DNA of 63,239 nt, filler included, from Hausera hauseri (GCA_046269625.1; 12 parts of 12 records of this genome joined end to end with filler, not necessarily neighbours in it); one strand, 5' to 3'; shown: positions 12,600-25,732, counted from the whole stretch's first letter. Notes: generated by a model from the sequence alone, not told the origin. Made by a program: numbers and translations.

Positions 12600-14888
12600 T
12601 TAACGTCTTATCCGTGATGATGTTAATAAGACAAATAGGTGCAGTTACGGTTTACGACTGTGACAAATATAGACTTGGCCAAAAATACTCATTAATGGAT
12701 TTAGAAACTTGCGAAGATGCGAGATCACATAAATTAGAAACAAAAGAGAAAAAATACGTGCTATATCAACAACGCGAACTAGTTACATTAGACGAAGTAG
12801 AATGTATGTTGCGACGATTTCGCAGCATTTTCCATTGTGGACTGGTAAATGGACACTCATCAATAATTAAGCCAACAACCCCACCTATTCCGATGAATTT
12901 AGAACGTCAGCATTGCAAGCAAGCTAGAGAGACGGGAAGAATAAAATGGGACGGCATGGAATTAGAAATGCAGCAAAAGAAAATAACCAGATTGTATAAA
13001 GTGGCGGCAGGGAGACTAGACATGTACACCGGACATTGTTATGGTGCAGAATACGATACTGGAAAAGGATTAGAGTCGAACATCGCAGTGGTTAATTTTT
13101 ATGAAAACGAAATGTTCATACAGAAGGTGATGTTCCAGAGCGTTACTAAACTTTACACAGAAAACCACAAGTGCCACATTCAGGATGGCACATGCTCCTT
13201 CCGATGCTTCGTAGTAATTTGGGAACCTCCAACCAAGACTGATTGCAACTTCATTAGAATTAAGGAGCATAAGTTCAACGAGACGACCGGAAAGCGATAC
13301 ATATGTAATACAGAAACAAATTCTAAAACGCGAGATGTAGCCGAACAATCTACGCCTACTATACTGATTTCGGATAATCATGGATTAGAATTTGTAAAGA
13401 ATGACGTGCTCACGAGATGCGATGTCATAATGTATGCCACCAATTACGAAGCATTTTTTGTAGCTGAGACAGAAATAAACGCCAGAACGTTCAAGCTCGA
13501 GACTCAAGACATTCGAATCGATTACTATCTAAAAATATAAACGACTATTTCTACTATAAAGGACAAGTGGGAATAACCGAATTGTACCACAAGATGACTG
13601 CAAATTAGACTTGGAGGCTATGAGAACCAAGCTGGCCTTAATATATGCCAATCCCGAACTAGCGTAACCAATAATTCCAATGTAAGAAGGCTCTTTCGGA
13701 CGAGTAACCGGAGAGGTTTTACTGACCTACGGATGTGAAAAGAAGGACATACCTATTAACATGGAAGAAAAGAGGTGTATACAAGAGCTTCCAGTGATAT
13801 ACCAAGACGTACCGAGATTGGTAACACCGATTACCAGACTATTGTTGGCAAACTCCACCCAACCGACAATTTTGAGAGACTGCAAGACAAGCTTAGGAGA
13901 GCCAATGTTCAAACGTAGCGAAACCGATTGGGTTAGTTTACCAAATGGCGGTATAATCACGCCGCCCACCAAATTAATGGAAACAAATTTAATGAAGGGG
14001 ATAACCGATGATAAATTCAAAGATACGGCCGCGAAAGGTATTTACCGACCAAAAGAGGTATAGGCGTTCCAACAATTTCTCGCTTTCCCTCGTCGGCGCA
14101 CACGCGAATTAATTAGAGCAATGCACACAATACTAGACAACTCAGGTTACCAAGCAAAGTGGGAATCATTACTTGGCGTCAACTACTACAAAAGGGTAAC
14201 TACGAAAATATTGTACAAAATTTGAGGAAATTCTTAGTATTCGGACAAGCCGCGTCAAGGTTCCTAGCAATCTATTTCTTAATTCAGATAGTAAAAGCGA
14301 TAATTCAAGCAATCATAAATGGATGAGATATTCACCTTAACAGGATTTTCGTGCAAAATTTTGACGGCTATTTTTACACCCTTCGGCAAATTCTTAAAGG
14401 CCTATGAAGAAAGTAGATGGAAAGCGGAGGTAGAACGTCATGTGGGCTACCACAATCGGAACCGCAAGAGAAGGCACATATTCAGCTATAAGCAAAAATT
14501 TATGAATACTAAAATACGGAGAAATAAATCTGACGATGACGAGCCTAAGGGAGGAGACGTTATTTCCCAGTCGAACAGGCACAAAAGCTACTCTGTTATG
14601 AAACTACCATTGTTAATACTACCGCCGACGGCCCCTATATACGAAGACTGTGAGAAGCAATCAATAAGCTCGTGCCGAACAGAAATCTCTCGAAAGCGAT
14701 TTAGTTTGGAGGATCCTTACGAAGGAACGAAGCACTATGGAGTGTTGAGTAAAGTCCATGAAGCGCGAAAACCGTCTATCTCACATCGTCGCTCAGCGGT
14801 CGACGATCACGGTATAATTTATTCACCTAGAATACCTAGACCAAACGAAATGCAATCAATATTTACTAGAATCCGTGAGGCACACTGA
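12575..14888 (+). pseudogene. Chuvirus-type (class III, gB-like) envelope glycoprotein with TM segment and tail; frameshifted endogenous copy
   Basis: Hydrophobic signal followed by VTVYDC..YSLMDLETC..YQQ..VEC..R.IFHCG..HSS..C. Later GRVTGEV..C..CIQELPV..TPITRLL..DC..PMF..W. TM FLVFGQAASRFLAIYFLIQIVKAIIQAIING at about 14230-14325. Confidence 0.8.
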
Positions 14889-15106
14889 TGAGGTTTGGTT
14901 TTAATTTCCTCATTCTTTCCTATTGGAGATTCTAATGAAGGTTTGACTTCTCCTGCATCGGTACTGGACGAATGTACCAGAGGCGATTTAGAACGCTTTT
15001 GTACATTTTTTGAATCACTATTGCGTTTCGTCGTGTCGTATTTGGGTAATTTCTGAGGCCTCATGAATTTCTCTCTGACATCGACCCGTAACATTAATGA
15101 GATCGG

Positions 15107-15388
15107 TTATTGGAAATTTTCATAAGAGTTGATCTTTTGTCGGATGTCACTGAAAATTTTCCCTAATTCCTTTAACACTGGTGGTTCATCATCGAAATTA
15201 TCGCAACCACTCGTACCACATGAATCAATAAAAGACATCGACGGCATAAACATTTTTGGATATGCAGGTGTGTCAGTCAGATAATGGAACTGACCGAATT
15301 TCATTTGGGACGAATCGCCGACGGGAGGATAATTACCAAACTGATTGGGATAGAGTGTCATCTTTCTGGATAGGCTTTGATAAATCAA
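15107..15388 (-). pseudogene. YIPF5: YIP1-family (YIPF5/7) N-terminal fragment
   Basis: NFDDEPPVLKELGKIFSDIRQK matches the family motif EDEPPLLEELGINF.HI.QK and is then truncated. Confidence 0.7.
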
Positions 15389-15620
15389 AATAGTTTCGGC
15401 TGAATAAAATCAAATATGAATGAGCAAAATATTGAACAGGACCAAAATTTCTCAAAAGAATTGAAACGTATCATATAAAAACCAAGCAAAAATAGGCACA
15501 ATTGAATGACAAAACGAGAAAATAGTTGAGAAATATCAAACGTTCGAAATTTCTCTTCATGTATTTATCGTTAAAATACACTGTTTTTACATAGATCAGT
15601 TTCATTTTGCAATTCACCGA

Positions 15621-16984
15621 TTGGGTAAATGTGGGCACCACACACACACTCTCCGGAACCAATATATTCAGCCACCAGTTAGAAGCCAGGGAACAGAAAA
15701 CACGATTGGTGCAAATAATGAATTGTACCCAATTGGAGGACTAAGACAATTGATCAAACAGCCAGTTGGAGCTACGGAGGTTACCATTAACGGTTACAGA
15801 GTGTCCACGATCCAACACCCTCACGTAGCACCAAACTATTACGGTACGATAATCGAAGGTAGGCCATTTGCAAAAATTCAATTAGAAAATTGGGAAGTAC
15901 ATGCGTTGATAGACACAGGATCCGAAATATCACTGATAAAATACGATTCAATGTCGCAACTCCTACGGAAACAATTGTATCCGCTTTCCACAACAAACCC
16001 AGGAAGCATCGGAGCTTTTGGACAATCGTCGAAAAGTAAATTCCGTTGGAGAGCGGAAATTCGCATAATGGGACAATCTTTCCATCATGAATTCTCAGTA
16101 ATGGAGCAATTACCGGATGATGTAGTATTAGGATGCGACCTATTGAGGCAACTACCCAATATAGCAATCGATTTCAATGCAGAAAAGTTGATAGAACTTG
16201 GCCGAATAAAAGGAATCAAAACTACCAGAGATAGAAAATTTGGAGAGGTGTGGATTCCCTTAGACGAGAACATACCGCCCAGAACTGAAATATTAAGATA
16301 TGCTCAAATACGTGAAGATGACGACCAGCCAGTATATTTTGAGCCGAAGGAACCGCTTAATCCGAACCTTATACTCAGTAATGTTTCAACAAGAGTATCA
16401 AGAGGCCGCGTACCAATCAGAATAGCGAATAATGCACCAACTCCAATCAAACTGTATTCCAATACCACTTTGGGACACACGTATAGAGTATCATCAATTA
16501 CCATCGAAAAGAAACCGTATAAGGGTGCCGAATTTCCACTCCACTTGGAAACTAAATTTTCACCGGCGTCATATTGTCGGTTGTACAAACTACTTTGTCG
16601 CTATAGCTTGATTATCGCGANNNNNNNNNNGCGAAAGATGAAGAAGATATTGGCCGAGCCAGAACTTTAAAATTCACGATTCCACTTAAGAAAAAGCCTG
16701 GTTCCTACGACAAAATAGATTTAGAGGATCAAAGATGCACAAAGGGTATCATCCTCCACACTCGTTAAGGCCAGAGATAACCAAGGTAGTTGAACACATG
16801 TTGAAGGCCGACATAATTAGACCAAGCTACAGGTCTTAGTATTCGCCTATACTAATGGTTAAGAAAAAAGGTACCAATAAGCATCGATTTTGTATCGACT
16901 ACCGAGCGTTAAACGCACTTATGATAAAAAACTCCTTTCCATTACCATCCGTAAAGCTTTGGATAAGATTTCGGGAGCTAAATA
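15621..16984 (+). mobile_element. Ty3/Gypsy gag end, aspartic protease, dUTPase-like beta region and start of RT
   Basis: ALIDTGSEISLI, VVLGCDLL, IPPRTE..VPIRIAN, SPILMVKKK..RFCIDYRALN..FPLP. Confidence 0.88.
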
Positions 16985-17083
16985 NNNNNNNNNNNNNNNN
17001 NNNNNNNNNNNNNNNNNNNNNNNNNNNNTTAATTAATTAANNNNNNNNNNNNNNNNNNNNNNNNNNNNNNNNNNNNNNNNNNN

Positions 17084-18770
17084 NGATTGGTTTTCCATAA
17101 AATGCAAACTGAGTCAGAACCACCACAGACCTTTCCGGTATAAAATAAAAATGGATAATTTCGATCTGGGGCAAGCACTGCTCGGTAGTACATACTGTGT
17201 ACTACCAAACGGGAAATGCCCAATTCTGGGGTATCTTTGGGCACAGTTGCCATGGCACTTTTACACTTTTTACATATTTGTTGCTGTACGGCCTAGGAAT
17301 GCTCGAATCGATCAGAGCCAATTGGATAGAGCATGTCGAGATGCATCGAACTGTATGCGGTGCAGTACACATACGCATGTGCAACTGTGCTAAAATCAAT
17401 AATATATGATTTACGATAATTCCAATATTGATGATTAGCACCCGTCACCGGGTGCAGTCGAGTGCATATGCGATACACTAAACGAATGTGCAATTAGAAT
17501 TTAAATCGATCGAGTGAATTTCGAATAATATCGATCCAAAGTGCAAGTGCGACAGAAGAGCCATAGGTTTTATTTTCCATAATGCAGCAAAATTCGATAT
17601 AACATCGAGCGAGAACAGATAGGAAGTCGAGTATGGAGATCTCGAATATCGAGTCGAGTATTCGAAATTCGAAATTTTCTGGGCTCGAATATCGAACTTT
17701 TCGGAAAATGCGACAAGGCAATTCGATTTCCTACATGCGAAAACCCCTTGTGCATTAAAGTTATACCATGAAAATGTACTACATAGATGCAAAATCAATA
17801 TTTTGAATTAAGCAAAATGTAGATTTAACGCTCAGTGAAGCGGAAATGGATAAATTTAATAGCGGGGCTGGATAGGAAGCCATATATGGCCAATCGGAAT
17901 ATGACGTCAGATATTCGAATTCGAGCTTCCAAGTCCTATGTTTAACTATTCAAACTCGAAAACTCGACCAAGCATGCATTATTTCAAGAGTCTAATGACG
18001 TCATTCGAATCTTCATTGGCGAATACCTATAGAGCAGTCAATATTGGTGCGGTGTAGTGCACCGCGCTGTATTAAAACAAGATTTAATAGCATGTAAAAA
18101 GTACGTAAACACGCTAAGTAATTAAACGGTGCTTATTTTGATTGCACAATTGATGGTGAAATTTTAGGTGAAGTGCACTGAAATCAATAAATCTTTAAAC
18201 GTATACAGATAGGAACTCATATATGAAGAATCTGAATTTGGTGTTAGACATTCGAACACATCGAATATTTAAGTATTCTAACTCGAAAACTCGGTCAAGT
18301 ATGCATTATGCGAAGAATCTTATGACGTCATTCGATTCCTCATTGTTGAAAACCTAATCTAAATTGGCGCCCACGTGCATTTAATTTGATATATTAAAAC
18401 AGATACGCAAATGCAACTAGTTGTCAAGACAAATGCAATACGACGGCAATACAAGTAACATAATCACGGATTCATGCATGCCAGCAATGTTTTACCTTGA
18501 ATTTTGTTTAAATTAATCAAATCACCTCACAAGTTCATGCATTTGATGCATTAAACAAATGAACAAATGCAATATGTGGACAATACAAGTGCAATATGTT
18601 GACAACAATATGTAGTACCAAATTTACCCTACCATTAAAATTATTTATTTTTTCCTTACATGTTTGTTTTGTTTTACTGCATAAATTATCCAAATGAAAA
18701 TAAAAATCAATAAAAACAGACAGTGCACATTGATATGGCTACATATTTCATTATTTCCAAATTCTCTTCC
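17084..18770 (+). mobile_element. Polinton subterminal/TIR non-coding region upstream of pPolB
   Basis: Homologous in reverse to about 40770-41800. It contains TCGA-dense tracts, TGACGTCA at 17902, 17996 and 18323, and a direct repeat of about 85 nt (17941-18027 / 18268-18355). Confidence 0.75.
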
Positions 18771-18774
18771 AAGA

Positions 18775-20208
18775 TTGGCGAGTTTTGTTATTTGTGCTTC
18801 TCAAATAATTGGTTTGTTTAGATTTGCAACTTCTACAAATTTTCATGGTGCAGAAACACGAGGACCAGAATTGCCACAGTGTAATGCAGCATTATTTTGG
18901 ATACCAACATAATAGGACTCAATACTATGTATGTCCTGCATATGCGGTAGAATGCCGGACCGGTTACGAGGAATTTTACAACCAGCATAAACAGCATCTG
19001 GAATTGTTCACAAAATGGAAGAAAGAAGTATTCAACAGTAATACTCCAATGACAACAAGTGTCCCAAAGGTAAATAATATGTGCGGTTCCGCAACAGTAT
19101 CATGAAACTATGTAGCGGTATTATGGACACAAATAAAAAAGGATCCAATATTATATATGTCCGGGATGCGAGACTGTATACATTGCAGATTAAATACAGT
19201 TCTATTATGATTACAAACATCATTTGAGTCACTTCGCATCAAAATGAAAAGAAGGTCATCTATAATGAGCAGCATAATATTGATGCCTCTGCTTCACAGC
19301 ATGGTGTTTCACAGTATTTTGCTTCGCGGTATCCCGCGGGGGCTGCAGCAGCAGCTGCAAAGTATATTAGAAAATTGAAACGCGCGGCAACATGCGCAGC
19401 TGCATCAGGCGCAACGGCTCCACCAAAAAGTCAAAGACAGCGGCCAGTTTATACAGCAATGTGAAGAAAGAAGTGCGCAGATATGTTATTGATGCACCTG
19501 GTCAAACAACTCTCCGAGAAACAGAGGGAATTCTTCAGGACAATATGACTGAGCTCAAAGCCCTTAAAGTGAACATGAAACTGGAGGCTACATACGTCAA
19601 TGGTTATGGCGAAGAATCCAAAAGGGTCTTCAATACTCAAAATAGGTCCATATTGGAAACAACCAATATAGTGGAATGGTTTAATGAGGAACATGGGAAT
19701 CTGATCCATGAGGTTGAGGAGAGCCAGGATAAATAGTGGATGGACCCTAGCAATTATCAAGTAACTGATGGTGCGTGTGCACAAGTACCCCTTATGCAAG
19801 GCAGTTCATATATTCAGCTTCCTGGATGGATTCGGCAGAAAAAGGCATGCATAAATGTCCATAATGATGACAACAAGTGTTTCATGTATGCCATTCTATA
19901 AAAACTCCTACGGGATCAACATAATGCTTCACGAGTTTGGCTATATAAGGATGTGCAGCACAACTACGACTTCCAATGTATTACGTTCCCGTCATCCATA
20001 GATGAAGTAAAGAAGTTCAGTCGAATCAACAATATATCAATCAACATCTTTGGATTGGATGATAAGGACAAATTTTATCCCCTGCAAATATGTGATGTTA
20101 AATTGGAAGGTCATAGGGATCTACTCCTACTAAACGATGGAGAAAAGAAACATTACGTATGGATAAAGAACTTCGACCGTCTAGTCAGATCCCAAATTAC
20201 AATTACCT
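18775..20208 (+). mobile_element. Polinton pPolB N-terminal region, pseudogenised (copy 1)
   Basis: SGWTL, GSSYIQLPGWIRQKKACINVHNDDNKCFMYAIL, FP..IDEVKKF..N.ISINIFG, HYVWIKNFDRL. Upstream are duplicated Cys/His domains. Confidence 0.88.
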
Positions 20209-21800
20209 GATCTCGAATAATCTTGGAAATTATCTTCAATATAGCAAGTCAAAAAATTGTTGTTTAGTGTCGTTTGGATGCGATTTATTTACTACTTCTA
20301 TTGGTAATTTTGAAATGGATTTCGGCAGTCATTAAAATTACGGTTCATGTTTTGTACGTATATCCGGACTTCTGAATTTCAATTTTTAAAATTGGCCTTC
20401 GTTCTCTCCTACACAAATCAAAATTTGATCTGTCAATTTTTAAAATCGGCCTTCGTGCTTTCCTTTATCGATCCGGAATTCAAATTTCAAAATTAAATCA
20501 AAATTGGCTTTCGGACTTGCTGTACGACTTTGAATTTTTAAAAATATCCTGCGAGCAACTAACCAAACCAATTGGCGCTTATATAAAACTCATCCTTCAG
20601 GTTTGAACTTATTAATTAACGAAAATATATTCGTTAATTAATACTAAATTTTGCTATTTTATTTATTTCGTAGTGATTTTGTATTTTTTATATTCAACGG
20701 CACTTGTTCATTATGTGCGAGTTTATATCAATATTTGTGTATTTCCGAAATCATTCTGAATGTTGGCTATTTAGCTTTAATTTGATTAATTGATTATTTT
20801 GCCGCCTTAGATAACAAATATATACATTTACAAAAGTCAAAAAGATACACATCTGGGTTTTAACATAGTCAAAAGAAGAAGACGTTTACACATGTACTAG
20901 TGTTTATTATTTATACAAAATATTCACATTGTCATAGTCAAATTTATCTGAACTGCACAATTTTGAATCACAAAATATTATTGTCAATGTTTCGTTAATA
21001 TCGGATCGTCAAATTTTACCGTATTTTCTAAGTTCGAGTGAATAATCGAGTGAACAATCGAGTAAAATACTATTTTGCTTATAAGGTCTAGCTGTTGTCC
21101 GTAACTAGCAGAAGTCAATCATCCACTCATTGTTTGAAAACTCCAGTGACACTGAAACAATTTAAAGCTATGTTTTCCCATAAAAGAAATACCAAAGCCG
21201 AAAATAAATTACAATGAAGCAAACGAACTGACGGGAATAACCATCTAAATGTTTACGTAAGCTGCACAATACCCAAATAATATATTTATTTAATTTGACA
21301 AATCAGTGCTCCGCAGATCCCGAAGAAGGAAATGTCTTTTGAAATATGATTCAAAGAAACGCTTCCAGTTATTTTTAAAATCCTTTTACAATTTAAACAA
21401 TTACGCTGCTTACCAGAAAACATATTATGCTAAAACTTCGAAATTTGAAAACTCATTTTGCACGAGCTAGAGGGCCTCGAGAAACCCATAGAAACAAATT
21501 TTCAGATCCCCAATCGAAAAGTGGTAGAAATGGAGTTGGATATGCTTTAGGGGGTAAGATCGTGTTTCTTCGCCTATTCGCGTCTTAAATATGAACAATT
21601 AGACATTTGAGGATTGTATAATATTCAGGTGAAATGTGCAGAACACTCAAAAGATTCGATTGACGCCTTGGTTGAGGCTGCCCTCCAGTTCGCTTTTCGA
21701 NNNNNNNNNNNNNNNNNNNNNNNNNNNNNNNNNNNNNNNNNNNNTTAATTAATTAANNNNNNNNNNNNNNNNNNNNNNNNNNNNNNNNNNNNNNNNNNNN

Positions 21801-22213
21801 CATAGCCCACTGTCCGAATAGTGAGTATGACAATTTTCCTACTGCTAAACATACTGACAGAACAGTTATAATCTCGGTGCGAGAAACACCTTGGGCTCAT
21901 AAGTACATTCGATAGCCATTGCAAATTTGCGAAGATTGATTGACTAGATATTTAACTGAGTCGTTACTCTGATTCATTGAATTTGGTCAATGACAATTCC
22001 GAATGGTAGTTTCTTACTGTTTTCAGTTGTGATTGGTTTGCGATAACCCATAATGAGATACTTTCCCAACTGAAATATGATGCACGTAAAATCCGGTGGA
22101 CATTTGTGGGCATACTACTTCGGCTTCCATTGATTAAAATCTAGTGAATTAATACACTCGGTAACATGTCCGAGGTAGTTGATATTGGATAACATTATAG
22201 AAGCAGTTTTCAT
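21801..22213 (-). pseudogene. TATA-binding-protein-like gene inside a Polinton, divergent from the ATPase; in-frame stops and one frameshift; truncated by the contig end
   Basis: Manual translation from ATG 22213: MKTASIMLSNINYLGHV..LDF..FTCIIFQLGKYLIMG..IQ*IRVTTQL..INLRKFA..CTYEPKVFLAPRL, then after a frameshift CSVSMFSSRKIVIL. This parallels both TBP repeats (ALIFSSGKMVCTG, IQNMV, YEPELFPGL, LIFVSGKVVLTG). Confidence 0.78.
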
Positions 22214-22267
22214 ACTGTAGCAATATTTATGTGTGTGGCGTGAATATAAACAAAACATGTGACGAAA

Positions 22268-22935
22268 TGTGTCATATTAATATAAAGCTGCAGAATAATG
22301 CAATTTTTCAGATTGTTTGCCCCAGTCGAAGTGGTAAAAAACACTTTGTTTCTAAACTGTTGCAAAACTACAGTGGCATATTTTATTCGCCGCAGTTCAA
22401 TCACATTTACTGGCATCAGGGTGTTTGTGGTGATAATGAAGAGTCCGGTCTGATACATCAGGAATTTTGTAAATTAAAATCGATGACAGTAATAGATGGG
22501 TTTGATATGAATTGGTCTGAAAGATTACGCAGCGGTGACGTTATTTATTGACGATTTATTTCAAGAAATTGAAAAGCAAACCGACTTCAACAACCTGTTT
22601 ACGAAGATTGCACGACACAGTGGTGTGATGGTTATTTTCATTATTCAAAACATGTTCCTCAGGGCGGATGGCATCGGACACGAAATATAAACGTACACTG
22701 TTTGGTGTTGTTCAAAATCCTCGTGATCAAACTATCATAGATTATGTGCACGCCAAGCATTTTCTCACAACTACGCCTACTTAATCGACGCATACATGAT
22801 GCTACGACCACGCGACACGGATACTTGTTCATTGACTTTGCACAACAGTGTCCAGATGACATTAGTGTACAAAAAGATATTTTCAATCCGAAAGTTGTGC
22901 ATATCTATATACAAATTCGAAAATCGACACGATGA
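22268..22935 (+). mobile_element. Polinton A32-like packaging ATPase pseudogene
   Basis: Degenerate Walker A IVCPSRSGKK, Walker B IDDL, LFTKIARH, IQNMF, NPRD and HGYLFID across frameshifts. Confidence 0.88.
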
Positions 22936-23190
22936 TGATCATAGTAGTACTAAAAATTAAGCATTTCCGCAAAACAATTGTTAAATTTAAACCAGTGAAA
23001 CAGGTGTTCAAAATGAAACATGCATCATAAGCAGCAGCAGCAGTAAAACGTAACGCTTCAGTTAAGCGATTAACAAATTCAGTGCTTCGAACAACAACAA
23101 CAATAATATTAGTAGTGACACACAAATTACCCTCAAAGTGGCAAAAATTATATAAATCTTCGTTGCAGCATCAATATGCACTGATGAAAC

Positions 23191-23519
23191 ATGCGTTTCA
23201 AACGTAGTCAATTGTACTTTATTGCTTTGCTTAAAGCACCGTCAAAACATGAACGAATCATGCTACGATCATTCCACAATTTGTAATAGACAATTTAATG
23301 GAAATTTTGTGCAATATTGTTGTGGGTCACACTGACATTGGTAGTGTAAAGCGAAATTTACTAAAGTATCAAAAACCATTCATTGGCCTTGCCAACGCTC
23401 GGGGTAAACGACTGAAACGCGAAATCACGTACTAGCAAGATGTTGGATTCCTTGGTGCAATTTTATTAGTTGTCATGTCATTACAGGGTAATATCATCGG
23501 TTGCAACAGTTTAGTATAA
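23191..23519 (+). mobile_element. Small Polinton ORF (putative virion core/membrane protein), decayed
   Basis: IDNLMEILCNIVVG..LLKYQK..LA..Q(D)VGFLGAILL resembles the recurrent Polinton ORF ending in a Q-x-GGFL hydrophobic tail. It lies between the ATPase and integrase. Confidence 0.55.
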
Positions 23520-23624
23520 ACGATGAATGTAAGTATATGTTGACTTAGCGGTATGGGTGCACGGTTTTCATAATTTTTCAAACTTTACCGAATCTTTCAT
23601 TCACTTTTCGTTCTAATTGTTGTA

Positions 23625-24696
23625 ATGCAAACAAAAGCGACATCGACAACACCGACAATGGACGTATGGTTCGATTCACATCATCCCGTCGGGTATACTG
23701 GAGTCGACAAACTGCCAAAGATATTTAAACAGAGTAGACGACAAACCAAACATTGGCTAAGGAAACAATTGGTATACAGCCTGAAAAAAGCGGTAAGAAA
23801 ACGGTTTCCCACTCTAACATACCGTGCTGTAGGCGTAAACAACGTGTGGCAAATGAATCTAATGGAAATGATCCCGCTCGGTATCATTAACGATTGGTAT
23901 CAGTACGTGCTGACATGTATTGATGTGTTTCGTCGTTTTGTACGTGAAATTTCTGTCAAATTAAAATCCGATAAAAAAGTTGCTGACGCCGTTCATACAT
24001 TAATAAACAAACAAGAACAACCACCGAAGGATGTAGAAATGGATTTAGGTAAAGGATTCTACAATTACAATGTTGCATCGGTCGGGAAACGGTTCAATGT
24101 AAGCCACTACTCTGTGTTTACTCAATACACGGCTATACTCGCTGAACGAGTCAATCGAACACTGAGCAGTCTACTGAATCAATTCTTTACCAAACAAGGC
24201 AATAAACGTCGGGTAGATGTACTACCGAATATTACTTATACATACAGTCATTCGACACATCGTGGAATCAACGGATTACGACCGGTTGATGCAACTGATA
24301 ATTTGGTTATGTGGCTCTATCAAAATCGAAAGCAACGACAACAAGCAACAATTAAATGTGCAAAATTTAATTGGTGATTACATACGTATTCCGAGGTTAG
24401 ATTCAACGCCATTGATCAAGAAATTCAATCGGAACTGGAACGATGATGTATTCCGAATTTCTGTAATCAACACAAAACAAATACATGTCATGTAAGTTTT
24501 AGATAATGAAACCTGTGAAGAAGAAATACGTGGTAAATTCTACGAATAGGAACTGAAGGTGCTGCCTGAGAAACCTGATGTATATCGTATTTAGGAAATT
24601 CTACGTTCACGTAACAAAGGCTCGAATAAATAATTTCTCGTCAAGTGACACGGATACACTACACTGAGTTGGATATTTGTATCGCAGATTGAATGA
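23625..24696 (+). mobile_element. Polinton rve integrase with C-terminal chromodomain, pseudogenised
   Basis: WQMNL, YVLTCIDVF, DLGKGF, LAERVNRTL, then IGDYIRI..NW..VFRI..IRGKFYE..FLVK*HGY..SW. Confidence 0.9.
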
Positions 24697-25717
24697 GAAT
24701 TTAAGTAGTATTTGGCAGTAACAGATCATTATCACAACAAGACAACAACGATACTGCTGAACAATTTATCATGAACTTGGATCAACCGGATGATTTACGC
24801 CGGAGAGCTTGGGAAGTGGCTTTGATGGAATTTACATTTACAGTACGTACGAACAGTGACAGTTACTATTGCAGTGGTATCTACTATTCACTGTATTGCA
24901 GAAATTTTCTGCTTCAAGTTGTTTGCAGTAAACATTTAATGTTCACAATTATACGCGACAAATTTACATCTTTTGTTCAAATCGTCGTTTGATACTAAAA
25001 CACCGACATCCAGTTGAATTGCAATTTAAATCCAATAACCGATACTCAGTCGTGGGGTTTTCAATCTGTCAATGTACGCTCAAAAGGTTTGCAGCTAGGT
25101 TGGCATCTCATAACTAGTGAAAAATTAAACTTTGCCGAAAATGTGAAAACCCATTGAACTGGCAAATGAAAAAATCAACCTTTCACTTGTATACTACCGG
25201 ATATGGCTTACTGTTGGAATGGAAAATAGAACTGTGTGTGTTTATCCTGGAAGTGACTAAATTGGCTCTAAAATTATTTGAATTAAACTCCATTAGTCGT
25301 ATGTCGCTAAAACTACATGATAATGTTATATATTTTGCTTCCTATAAACTATTGGCACGGAATCTGGGTTTTACGAAACGAGAATTCGGTCAAACCGGCA
25401 GCGGTCGATTTATTGTCGCTAAATAAAAACCACAACTCTAAAGCATTTCATCAAATGAACATTTTTACGGATCTGATCGAATCTGCATTTATTGATAAAG
25501 AACGTAAACAACTATAGGCTTCTATTACACTGAACTCTGAGGCGTACAAACAACTGCCGAAACTGCTCACGTTAATATTATCCGGCCCATGTATTTATCG
25601 TTATCTCACAATAATGTGCACAGCATTTAAGTGTATATATTAGGTGAATTTTTGAAACCCATTACATTTCTGCTTGAAGCAACGTCACATCTGACGCTAC
25701 ATTTTCGACGTCGATAA
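24693..25717 (+). mobile_element. Polinton minor capsid (penton) pseudogene
   Basis: N-terminal SN.S..N.TAEQF..L..P..L...WEVALMEF; C-terminal IFTDLIE..YRPMY..LTLHFRRR*. Confidence 0.8.
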
Positions 25718-25729
25718 TAAACAAACTGT

Positions 25730-25732
25730 GTC

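Noticed and set aside
21801-25717. Alternative genetic code or stop readthrough explaining the in-frame stops
   Set aside because: TAA, TAG and TGA all occur together with frameshifts, and the intact gene at 59232 uses the standard code.
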